A stretch of DNA of 64,000 nucleotides from Camelus ferus (lineage: Eukaryota), in contig NC_045707.1 in NCBI RefSeq assembly GCF_009834535.1, forward strand, positions 58,840,001 through 58,904,000, read 5' to 3'. Numbering within the stretch: position 1 is the first letter of the stretch; each line of letters starts with the position of its first letter. Below are positions 52,151 to 64,000 of the stretch, one piece after another. The translations under genes and the position numbers were made by a program. The notes below the pieces were generated by a model that was not told the DNA's origin, made no database searches, and saw nothing but the letters and a program-made list of their open reading frames with translations.

Positions 52151-54875
52151 TTTCCACAAAACCTTACAACAAAGAGAAGTGCAAGACAAGATCACTTTAA
52201 TGGTTAATTCTTCTGTAAAAAGTTTGGTAAAATTATCTCAAATCCTTCTCAAACTCTTTCAAAAATCAGAAGAGGAGGAAATACTTTCTTCACACATTCT
52301 ATGAGACTAGCCTGACAAAAAGCTAAAAACATCACAAGAAAAGTACTGACCAATATTCCTTATGAACACAGATGCAAAAATACTACATAATATACTAGCA
52401 AACTGAATCCAACAGCCTATTTAAAGGATTATACACCATGACCAAATGGAATTTGTTCCAGGAATGGATGAGTGGTGGTGAGGAATACAAAAATCAGTAA
52501 TAATATTCCCAATTAATGAAGGAAGGTTAAAACAAACACACAAACACATGGTGACTTCAATTAAAGTACAAAAAGCATTTTACAAAATCCAACCCCATTT
52601 CATGATAGTACCATTCAATAAACCAAGAATGAAAGGGCGTTTGCCCAAAAAGATAAAGGGCATTAGGAACAACCCACATCTCACATCATTCTCAGTGGTG
52701 AAATACTGAAAGCTTTCCCTTTAAGATCAGGAAAAAGAAAAAAATGATTCCACTTTTGCACTTCTGTTCAACACTGTACTGGAAGTTATAGCCAGAGCAA
52801 GTAGGCAAGAAAAAAGAAAAAAGGCATCCAAATTGAAATAGAAGAAGAAACTAAAATTATAGTCTCAGATGACAGGATCTTATATATGTAAAATCCTAAA
52901 GAATCCACAATACAACTATTAGAGGAATAAACAAATTCAGGAAAAGTTGCAGAATACAGCATCAACACACAAATATTATTTGTATTTCTATACATTATCA
53001 ATGAACAATCCATTTAGCAAAAATTCCATTTATAACAACATCAAAAATAATAAAATATTCTTGAAACCATATTCAATGTCTTATAACTGTTAATGGAAAA
53101 GGATCTGAAAAAAATATATCTGAATCACTTTGCTGTACATCTGATACCAACACAATACTGTAAATCAACTATACTTCAATAATAAACAAAATTATAAAAG
53201 AATAAAAAAATCAGGAATAATTTAACAAAGAAAATAGAAAACTTGTATATTGAAAACTATAAAACACTGCTGAAAGAAATTAGAAAGGACTTAACTAATT
53301 GGAAAGACATCTCATGTTCCTGAATTGGAAGACTTCATTTCATTAAAATGGCAATACTCTCCAAAGTTATCTACAGAATTAATGAAATCTCTATCAAAGT
53401 CCAGTGACCATTTTGCAGAAAGGGAAATCTGACCCTAAAATTAATATGAAATTGCCAAGAACCCTGAAGAGCCAAAACAATAATAGAAAAATGGAAAACT
53501 TAAATATCCTGATTGCAAAACTAACTAAAGAGCTGCAGTAATCAAAACAGTGGCAGTGCATAAGGATAGACATATAAACCAATGAAATAGCTGTGACAGG
53601 ACACAAGGAAGTCAAACATCTATGGCCAACTAATTTTTGACAAGGGTGCCAAGATCATTTAATAAGGGAAAGGACAATCTTTTCAATAAATGGTGCTGGG
53701 ACAACTGTATAGCCATGTGCAAAAGAATGAAATTGTAATCCCATCTCACACCATATATAAAAAATAACTAAAAATCTTTCAGAGGCCTGAACTTAAGAGC
53801 TAAAACTCTTAAAAGAAAACAAGTACATCTTTCTGACCTTGGGTTTGGCTATGTTTTCTTAGATATAACAGAAATAGCACAAAAGATAATTAACCAGACT
53901 TCATCAACACTTAAAGCTTCTGTGCATTAAAAGACACTATCAACAGAGTTAAGACAACCTCAAAATTGGTAGAAAATATTTGCAAACTATTTATCTGATC
54001 AGAGCGTTTAGTATCAAAATATTTAAGCAGCATCTGCAACTCACCAACAAAAAGACTTACAACCCAATCAAAATCTGGGCCAAAGAATTCAATAGACATT
54101 TTCCCCAAGAAGATACACAAATTGCCAAAAAACACACGGAAAGTGCTCAATATCATTAGTTGTTTGGGAAATTAAAAACCACAGTGTCATACCATTTCAT
54201 ACCTGTGAGGATGGCTATAATAAGTTTATAAAAAGTGAAATAAATGTTGGCAAGAGTACTGAGAAATTTTAACCTTTATACATTTTGGCAGTTCCTTGAT
54301 AAGTAAAACAGAATTGCCATAGGACCTAGCAATTCCATGATTAGATATATATTCAAAAGACCTGAACACAGATACTCAAATACACATTTGCAAAGAAATG
54401 TTCACAGCAACATTATTTGCTATAACCAAAACTTGGATTACAAGCCAAAGGTCCATCAACTGATGAATGGGAATACCGCACATGCCTACAACGGAATACC
54501 GCTCATCCATGAGGAGTGTTGAAGTACCGATACACGCTACAACATAAACAAACCTGGAATACATTACACTAAGTGAACAAAACCCTGAAGGAAATGCCAC
54601 ATATTACTCCATTTATATGAAATATCCACAGTAGTTAAATCCATAGAGATCCAATGCATGTTATTCATTGCCAAAGGCTGAGGAGAGGGATGAATGGAGA
54701 GTTACTGCTTAATAGGGCAGGGTTTTCCTTTTGGAGGGATGAAAAAAATTCCTGGAACTAGAGAGTGGAAACGACTGAATAATATGGTGAAGTACTAAAT
54801 GCCACTGAACTGTACTCTCTAAATGCTCAAAATGATGAATTTTATGTTGTATGTTATATATATTTTTCCACAATT
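52150..54875 (+). mobile_element. LINE-1 ORF2 (RT to C-terminus) + 3'UTR, L1MB-like, frameshifted
   Basis: RT-region motifs (cattctatgagactagc; gatgcaaaaatactac; aaagctttccctttaagatcagga; cagatgacaggatc, degenerate FADD region); 3' end aatgccactgaactgtactctctaaatg...tttatgttgtatg. Confidence 0.9.
53061..53196 (+). mobile_element. LINE-1 3' tail nested in the L1MB-like element
   Basis: aatggaaaaggatctgaaaaa..tgaatcactttgctgtacatctgataccaacacaatactgtaaatcaactatacttcaat interrupts the ORF2 text; degenerate aaaa(t/g)aataaaa flanks. Confidence 0.8.
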
Positions 54876-56419
54876 TAGAAATCAGTGGGAAAAGAAGACA
54901 GATGATCCCATGTGCCCAGAAGGAGAGAGAGAGAAGAGCATAACACTGTATGTTTTATGTGTTAACAGTGTCACCTTTGATGGCCATGTGTTGTATGGTT
55001 AAGAGGGATCAAAAGGATAGTTGTGAGACTTCTGAAATGTGTATTCTAATTGAATAGTAATGGGGTGCTGGACTGAAGTTTCTTCAGTAAGGAAGCTGTT
55101 GCAGCTTAGCATCTATATAGGAAATTTGCTGAATCCTCATTTTCATACGTAATCTAAGTTCTGTGACCCCCTAGTTAAATCTGAGGTATTTTCAGGACAC
55201 ATGTTTCACAGTTCAGATGCCCCTGCTCAATGACTTACCAGTGTATCCTGTCAGCCTCCACAATATTAAAGAAATGAAGTCTGAGGAAGAACTATGAGGT
55301 CTTTTTATTTTGCTTTGGTTTATGTGTGTTTCTTTCGCATTATAACCCCGTCCCTTTAGCTTCTTCCTACAACCCTTTAATCACACAGAGTCCTCTAAAT
55401 TTTCCATGTGCCTTCAAAATTGTGATGTCCAGCACCTGTACAAGCTCTGACTACAGATACGAAGCTCTTAAATGCAAGTCACTTTAGAACTTCTGCTTCT
55501 GGGCTATTTTAAAGCTATTTTTGACTTCAACAATTGCAAACCCTCTAGATTTACAGGTTTCAGCTTTACAGGAGTATACAAATGAGATATTTTGTATTTG
55601 TGAGAGTCAGGAAAAGATGGAGCAACCCATGTATGCCAGTTTCCCTGCATAACTACAAGTTCATTTTTAAAGCCAATGCTATACTTCTCTATAGTGTTTC
55701 AAAACACATATTAATGCCTGTACCAAAGGGATTCCACTGGTCTCAAACATGTATCACTGCAGGCATTCACTTCTATTGCTTTCATTCCAATGGATTTTAG
55801 AAAGTTTTCTAATTCAAAATGATTAGGAACGCATTTTCTACTATAAGATATTCAGGCATGTTCTTTAACAAGTTCTTTATTCTTTATACATCAGAAAACC
55901 TTCTATTACTTAAATATTGATAAAAATTTTCATTTCTTCACTGCGCATTTCACAGCAATGCCTTTCCTATATGTTTCAGAGTTTTTTAAACGACATAGAT
56001 AACATGATTAACTTGTATTTCCACCTCATATCATACAATATAAAATTCTTCATGGTTATGATACTTCAAACTGTGCACTTTTTATTTACTGCTCCCAAAT
56101 AAACAGACTTCCAGTATTTAATCATCTAGGAACAAAACCAAAATTACAGTTTAGTGAGCATCATTAAGTGATGACCAGGCACATGTAATACTTTATTCCA
56201 CTTAATAAAATATCAGTATAACCTAAAGTGGAAGATACTGATACTTATAAATTATTTAAAAATTATAAGAATAGGATAACAAAGCCATAGTCTTTGAATA
56301 AGTATTTTATTTCAACATGGAAAACTTCACTTATAATCGAAAGATATAATTTTAAGGAACTGGTATCAATTGGTAAAATCTAAAGTACGACAATTAAAAT
56401 TCCCTTGTTAATTCCAAAT

Positions 56420-56634
56420 TTAACAGATACACATTACTTATAGATTAAACAGATAAACAACAAGGACCTACTGCATAGCACAGGGCACAATATTCAATTT
56501 CTTGTAATAACATAGAATGGAAAAGAATCTGAGAAGAAAAAATATACATATATGCACATGTTGAACAGAATTGCTTTGCTGTACACCTGAAACTAACACT
56601 GTAAATCAACTATACTTCAATAAAAATTTTTAAA
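56420..56634 (+). mobile_element. LINE-1 3'UTR fragment (cetartiodactyl type)
   Basis: aacagataaacaacaaggacctactgcatagcacaggg...gctgtacacctgaaactaacactgtaaatcaactatacttcaataaaaa; degenerate TSD aattaaaa.t/gtccc. Confidence 0.85.
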
Positions 56635-57339
56635 AATTAAAAAGTCCCCCAGATACACTGGTTCTTCTATTTAGAATTAAAAAAAGACACTGATTAAGTT
56701 GCAGTGCAAGGTGAGGAAAGGAACTAGGTTAGAAAAGTTTAAAAAAAATTTTTCAGTAAGAATAGTAGTAGTGGAAACACTTCAGTCAAATATAAATAAT
56801 GTAATTTTGGTTTTTAAGGGATATAGCACTCTAGATAGTTCAATAAAAGATTAAATAGGTGCTATATAGGGAAAATAAAGTAATTCCATGTAGCAATTGG
56901 AATAACTAATTAATCTCATAAAGTATTTTGGTTTTCTCTAAAATATTTTAACCAAAGCTATTTAGACAGTTTAAGTTATTTAAAAATTGCATAAATAATC
57001 AAACAAAATGGTATCTCATGAAATCAAGACTTTGTCCCCCTTTATGTGTAAAAGAAGGAATTCCCTTGAAGATGATGAAAAACATTCCTCTGGTCATGAA
57101 GACAACCTTTCAAGGAATGAAAATGAACAGACTTGAATGTCAATAAAGTTTTAAGGCCATATCAACAAAGACAGAATAAATTTCAAGGATAGAATTCTGA
57201 ACCCCAGAATTTTATTGTTAAGTTTGATACTTTTAAGAATTAACTCAGAAAATGTCACAATGTGGTAATAATAATTTTATAAAATTATCTAGAATTAAAA
57301 ATAAGCAAGAAGTTAAGTGACACTGTTAATTCATAACAT

Positions 57340-57950
57340 CTAAGAAAAGTGAAATCACATCAAGCATCTTTTTCAATCACAACAGTATAAACCTTTCAAT
57401 TACAAGAAGAAAAAATAGAAAATTCACACAAATGTGAAAATTAAACAACATTCCACTGAACAACCAATGGGTCATAGAAGAAAAGAAATGGGAAGTTAAA
57501 AAAAAATCTAGAGACAAATCAAAGTGGAAATACAATGTACCCAAACTTATGGGATGTAGCAAAAGCAGTTTTAAGAAGGAAGCTCAGAGCAAATAAACGC
57601 CTATGTGAAGAAACAGGAAAGAGCTCATATAAACAACCTAACTTCACACCTCAAGAAAATAGACAAAGAAGAAAAAACGAAGCCCAGAGTTAGTCAAAAG
57701 AAGAAAATAATAGAAATTATAGTGGAAATAAATAAAATAGAGGCTAAAAAGATAATGAAATTAAAAGCTGTTCCTTTAAAAAAGAACAAACAAACCTCTA
57801 GGAAGATTCACCAAGATAAAAAAAGAGAAAGGACTCAAATAAGTAAAACTCAGAACTGAAAGAGGAAATGTTAAAACTGATATCACAGAAACGCAAAGGA
57901 TCATAAGAGACCTACTATGAACAGTAAAATGCCAATAAATTGAACAAGTT
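57340..57950 (+). mobile_element. internal LINE-1 ORF2 fragment (end of endonuclease domain into Z region)
   Basis: ORF 57605-57859 KKQERAHINNLTSHLKKIDKEEKTKPRVSQKKKIIEIIVEINKIE is ORF2p-like; ccaaacttatgggatgtagcaaaagcagt (NLWD.AKAV motif). Confidence 0.88.
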
Positions 57951-60329
57951 CTTAGGTTCTTCTGTGCAAGTGTAAGTAGTGTCATTTGTTATTACTACAA
58001 AGAATTGTGGTACTTTTTGTGCTTGCTCGGTTTTCTTTATACTTATGAGAGAGCTAATAAAATGTTTTTAAGTAGAAAATTTCTGTACTCCTAAAATTCT
58101 TTCAAATGAATAATCTTTGAGTTTCCATTACATGCAATGTATTCTAAGAAAATACTTTGATGTGTGTAAGGATACACCTATAAGGATACGCATTACAGAT
58201 ACTATCTTTAATAGTGAAAAATTGGCAGTGCTATAAAAGTCTATCAAAATAGAGTTGGTTAAATAGTCTGGTACATCTACACTTCACAAAATACACAGCT
58301 GGAGTATAAAACACAATTACAAGGTTTTATATTATACTATGTTACATAAAATATTATGTAATGGTTGCTTTACAACAGCTGTATGAGGTAGATGGTGCTA
58401 TTATTTTCCAATACAGAAATGACTTTCAACAGAGTTAAGCAATTTGTTGTGTGTTCCATAACAACTAAGTGGCAGCTCACGATCAGAAAGTGAGATAATC
58501 TGAATCTAGGGACAATGCTTTTGATCCCTAGGCTACTGATGTCTCTAAATTTATTGACATGGAATATATTCTTAATAAATTACTTAATTATACCAATTAT
58601 TTAGGATACAGATTAGGACAGTGAAATATATAGCTATATCTTAAAACATTTCTAGCAGTTGTGTCTGAGAGCAAAGGTTTTAAAGTAATTCCAATTTATT
58701 ATATTTTTGTCTCTTTTTTTCTAATTTTCTATAATATTTATATTCAATCAAAAAATAGATTAACATATATAAAATATTTTTAATATACTGGTGAATATGA
58801 GTGAGGGAAATAAAAGAAAAACATATATATTTAATGTAAATATATCTGAATGGTTATTAACTAAAACATTAGTAGAGTTTACATTTAAATGCTAGGTTAC
58901 AGGAAAAATTTCCTAAACTGTTTCTTTGTATGTGTATTCTATTTTGTCTTTAGTGACAATATGCTACTTAAGCAATAAAAATATAATGAAAATTTAATAT
59001 AAAAAATGACACAATTTTCTGTTCTTGCACTGAGTATCCAGTGTTTATAGGCAATGATGGTGGCAGGATGGAAACAAACTGTGGGCCTTCTCATCAGTAA
59101 ACTCTTTAGTGCATGGATAACTAAAGGATGATAGAGTCAAAGATGCCAGAGTAAGCAATTTTCATTCCATTACCACAGCTGCATAAAGACAACTTTCACA
59201 TACCTGTAGAAATTTCATTAATGTATGTCCTAGGAGAATCTCAGCTTGCAACTTGGCAGCTTTCTCTTAAGACTTAAACCAGGTTAAATTATTGAAATTA
59301 TTCAGGTTCTCCTGCTTTCACTAATTCAAGGGGTATAAATGTATGTTTTCACAGAGCAAAGAGGAATAGCCACCCACTGGACATGAAGGTTTTAAGAACC
59401 CATCTCCCAGAGGAAACGCTGTTTTGAGTTAGGTTAAGTTAAGCTCAAACTTTGTCTTTGTAAGTAATCTCAACACATGACCTAAGACATGAAACTTATA
59501 AATATGAATAGATGGCGCATCTATTACTCTTTCAATTCCAAATCAAATCTCACTTCTTATATTTTATTGGGAAAGATCACAGATTTCGAGAATCACAATA
59601 ACATGAAATGAAAACTTTAGATTAGCTTATTTTTTAAAACTCTTGTCAAGTTTGGCCTAGTCTGTGTTCCCTTTATTACTTTTCTTTCTAACACTAGAGA
59701 AATATATTAATAATGCATTTTGAGTTATTTCTCGGAGGACCAGAATCAATGACTGAGAACTATTACTACACAAAGTCAAAAATGTCATTGAGAGTGATTT
59801 TGATTCCACAATATTCTTGATCATCATAATGTTTATTAAAAGATCCATTAAAAGTCCATCATGCTAATTTAACTGGGAAAATCTAAAAGATTGCCACCGC
59901 ATAGCTTCCACTAAATTAACACTGGAGAATTATAACTAGAGCTTTGGCTGTCGTTACTAAGAAATAAATAAAAACTGTAATGATGTATTAATTACAAGCA
60001 GAAATCAATGACAGAATTAGCAAGTAAAATTAAATAGTTATCTAAGAAAAAATTTAGTAAAATTTTTTATTCTATTTTTCTTGTAATTCATTGATATTTT
60101 GGTGTCAGTATTTGTTAATAGATCTCACTCATTGTAATTCAGACTTTTGTACACTAATTTAAAGCGTTGTAAGGGTAAACCATTCCTGTTTCCTTCCTTC
60201 TGAGAGTGTTAATAGGTATCACATTTCCTCCTTATTCCTCTGATGGCAGGCGCTTTTGTAAAGGTGACTGGCCCCATGCAAAGCTTTCTAGTTAGTAGAT
60301 CAGTCTATTTCTATGGGTTCAGTGAGCAG

Positions 60330-62940
60330 CTTAAAACAGATTATTATAAGATATTTTATGCAAGTTTTATGGTTGCCACGAATAGAATATCTATATAAGT
60401 TACATAAGAGAAAAAAAGGAAACAAAGCATATCAATACAAAAATAATCAATGAAACACAAAAGATGACAGCAAGAAAGAGTGACGAACTATAAGCAAACA
60501 GGAAGCAATTAACAAAATGTCAATATTAAATTAATTTACTTCCCTATTAATAATTACTTTAAATGTAAATGAATTAAATTCTCCAATCAAAGGCATAAAG
60601 TGATAAAAGTGGCTGAGTGGATTAAAAAACAAAACAATAGCAAAACAAGATCCTACTATATACTGGCTATAAGAGACTCTGCATTTATAAACATGCATAG
60701 GCTGGAATAAAAAGAATGGAAAAATACTCCAAAAACTACACATGCTAATAATCCTTTTCAAACTCTTCCAAAAAACTGAAGAGCAGCAAATACTTGCAAA
60801 CTCATATAAGAGTCCAGCATTACGTTGATACCAAAGCCAGATAAAGACAACCCAGACAAAAAAGAAAATTACAGGCCAATATCTGACAAATGCAAGGATG
60901 CAAAAATCTTTAACAAAATTGTAGCAAACCAAATTCAACAGCACATAAAAACTTTGTACACCATGACAGAGTGAGCTTTGTTCCTGGGATGCAAGGATGA
61001 TTCATCATATGAATATCAATTAATGAGATACACCACCTTAATAGATAGAAGGGTAAAAATGATATATTCTCAATAGATGGAGAAAAAACATTCTATAAAA
61101 TTTAACATTTTCATCATAAACTTTCTTGACAAACTAGCAATAGAAGGGAATTAACTCAAAATTATAAAGGTCATATATGAAAAGCCCAGTGTCACTGTCA
61201 TACTGAATGGTGAAATTTTTAAATTTTTCCTCTAAGATTAGGCACAAGGCAAGGGTGCCCACTCTAGGCACTTCTATTCAACATTGTACTAGAAGTCCTA
61301 TCCAGAGCATTTTGGCAAGAAGAAATAAAAGGCATCCAAATCTGAAAGGAAGAAGTAAAATTATCCCCGTTTGCAGATCACATAATCTTATATATAGAAA
61401 ACCCTCAAAACATTAAAAAAAATATAAACAATAAATGTATTCAGTTAAATATCTGGAAACAAAATCAACATACAAAAATCAGTTATGTTTCCATACAGTA
61501 ACAATGAATTATCTGAAAATGAAGTTAGGAAGACAGTACCACTTATAACAGCATAAACATAGTAAAATACCTAAAAATAAACATAAGGAAAAGAAAGGTT
61601 TGCACACTGAAACTACAAAACACTGATGAAGAAATTAGAGAAAATACAAACAATTTGAACAACATCCCATGTTTGAGTTGGAAGACAATATTGTCAAGAT
61701 ACTCATACTACTCAAAACAACCCACAAATTCCATGCAATACCTATCAAAATCCCAATGGATTTTTTTTAATAGAAAAAGAAAAAAAACAATACTTAAATT
61801 CATATGGAACAACAAAGGAACTCAAATAACCAAAAAAAATTTAAGAAAGAAAAATGCTGAAGAGGCATCTAACTTTCTGATTTCAAACTATATTACAAAG
61901 CTACAGTAATTAAACAGTATGGTACTGGCAAAAGGACATACAAATAGACTGATGGAGCAGAATAAAGATCCCAGAAATAAATCTAGACATACATGGCCAA
62001 CTGATCTTCAAAAGGCATTCCAAGGATACAAAATGGGGAAATGACAGCCTTTTCAATAAATACTGTTGGCAAAACTGGACAGCCACATTACAAAAATGAT
62101 ATTGGACCCATATCTTACACCATACACAAAACCAACTCAAAATATATTAAAGATTTAAATATAAGACTTGAAACTGTAAAATTCCTAAAAGAAATACTAA
62201 AAAAGCTTCATGACATTGGTCTTGGCAATGATTTGTTTGATATGACACAAAAAGTATAGGCAACAGCAGCAAAAATAGATGAGTGGGACTATATCAAAGT
62301 AAAAATCTGCAGAGAAATGGAAATGATAAAACAAAAAGCAACCTACAAAATGGGAGACATATGTAAAAACCTTTTATCTGATAAGGAGTTAGTTTCTAAA
62401 ATATATAAGGAATTTCTACAACTCAGTAGGAAAAAAAAAAAGCTAATAACTTGATTTTTAAAATAGACTAAAGACTTGAAAAGATATTCCTCCCAAGAAC
62501 ACATAACAATGGCTAACAGGTGTATGAAAAGATGCTCAACATCACTATCAGGTAGATGGCAAACTGAAACTACAATGAGATATCATCCACATCTGTTGGG
62601 ATGGTTATTATCTCCGACCCCCACAAAAAAAGAGGTATAAAATGTTGATGAGGATGTGAAGAAATTTACAACCCTCTATACTGTTGATGGGAATGTAAAA
62701 TAATATAGCTTCTATGGAAAACAGTATGGGAGTTCTTCCAGAAGTTAAAAATAGAGCTACCATATGCTCCAGCAATCCCACTCCTGGGCATTTATCTAAA
62801 ATAACTGAAATCAGTATCTTGAAGAGATATTAGCACTCCTGTAATCACTGAAGTGCTATTACAATAGCCAACACATGGAGACAACCTAAACGTCCACCAA
62901 CAGACGAACAAATCAAAAAAACGTAGTATAAAGCTTTAAA
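60330..62940 (+). mobile_element. LINE-1 with internal deletion (ORF2 start fused to RT region through C-terminus)
   Basis: ataattactttaaatgtaaatgaattaaattctccaatcaaa (ITLNVN.LNSPIK, ORF2 N-terminus), then a jump at ~60745 to atccttttcaaactcttccaaaaaactgaagag and continuous degraded RT/C-terminal sequence. Confidence 0.9.
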
Positions 62941-63217
62941 AAGAAGTGAATCCTGACACTGGGCTCCATAAATGTGGCAGTGCAATACAGATGACTCCTG
63001 ACACACTGAGATATGCCATAGCTCTATGCTACAATCCATTGTCTACCAACAATTCTGATATCCTGAGAAATAATTCAACTGTTACTCCAATAAAATGTTC
63101 TTATTCCAGGAGAAGGAATATGAGAAGCAAAGTCATTCAACCCACCTGGATTCCATTTATTTGTACTCTGTCCTTTCAGCACAGACTATAATTCACCATG
63201 AGGCTGATGACCATTTG

Positions 63218-64000
63218 GGGCCGGTTCCAGGCCAAGACGATGGAGTAGAAGGAGCCAGAGCTCACCTCTCCTCACAAACACACCAGAATCACAACCAACT
63301 GCAGAACAACCATTGATAAAAAAAAGACTGGAACCTATCAGAAAATAATGTCTTCATAACTAGAGACATAAAGAAGGAATCCCAATGAGATGTGTAGGAG
63401 GGGTAGACTCATGATACGATGAAATCCTACATCCCTTAGGTGAGTGACCCACAAACTGGAGAATAATTATATTGCATAATTATATTGCACAGGAGTAAGA
63501 ATTATGAGCCCCACATAAGGCTCCCCAGCCCAGGGGTCTGGCACCAGGAAGAGAAGCCCCTAAAATATTTGGTTTTGAAAGCAAGCCGGGCTTCACTGCT
63601 GCAGCTCCACAAGGACTGAGGGAAACAGAGACTTTACTCTTAAAGGATGCACACAAAATCTCATGCTTACCAGGACTAAGGGAAAAAGCAGTAATTGTAG
63701 AAGCCTGGGCCAGACCTACTTGCTGGACTTGGAGAGTCTTATGGGGAGGCGGTGGGTAGCTGTGGCTCATGCTGAGGACACAGATGCTGGTGGCTGACAT
63801 ACCAGGATGTATTCACCTATTTGAACTCTCCTGAGACTGACATCTTGCTTGGGTCATTAGTACCAAGACCTGGCCCCACCCAGCAGCCTGTAGGATCCAG
63901 TGCTAGAATGCCTCAGACCAAACAACTAACTGGGGGGGGGGACACAACCCCACCTATCAACAGACAGGCTGCCTAAAGACTTCCTGAGCTCACAGCCTAT
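63218..64000 (+). mobile_element. LINE-1 5'UTR (laurasiatherian/cetartiodactyl type), continues past the window end
   Basis: caagacgatggagtagaaggagccagagctcacctctcctcacaaacacaccagaatcacaaccaactgcagaacaaccattgataaaaaaaagactggaacct resembles L1 5' ends of this lineage as I recall them. Confidence 0.75.

Noticed and set aside
4539..62259. ORFs resembling proteins at 4749, 5213, 57605, 61207, 61655, 62041 and their antisense counterparts
   Set aside because: Fragments of frameshifted LINE-1 ORF2/3'UTR, not host genes.
1..64000. CRISPR arrays, operons or prokaryotic defence systems
   Set aside because: The sequence is mammalian genomic DNA, with no regularly spaced repeats and no dense coding content.

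Overview
Mammalian, almost certainly camelid (camel/alpaca lineage), genomic DNA. The lineage call rests on four copies of a tRNA-Ala-derived SINE of the camelid Vic-1 type and on cetartiodactyl/camelid-type L1 3' ends. The window is AT-rich and repeat-dense, and I recognise no host protein-coding exon. The main landmark is a CpG-island promoter at ~40.8-43.0 kb. It has an inverted pair of CCAAT boxes, GC boxes, a G-quadruplex motif, a short CAG/CGG tract and a well-defined 111-nt minus-strand exon (41399-41509). This suggests a large minus-strand gene whose long 5' intron(s) fill positions 1-41.4 kb, with a few candidate non-coding/5'UTR exons or enhancer-like CpG-retaining islets (~6.0, 9.4, 12.4, 28.9 kb). 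I cannot name the gene. Upstream of the promoter (46-64 kb) is a dense, nested LINE-1 graveyard. Most ORFs in the supplied track are L1 debris or chance ORFs. I found no convincing new biological system. The best leads are the promoter architecture, the candidate cryptic exons/small ORFs, and a clean 5'-inverted (twin-primed) L1.
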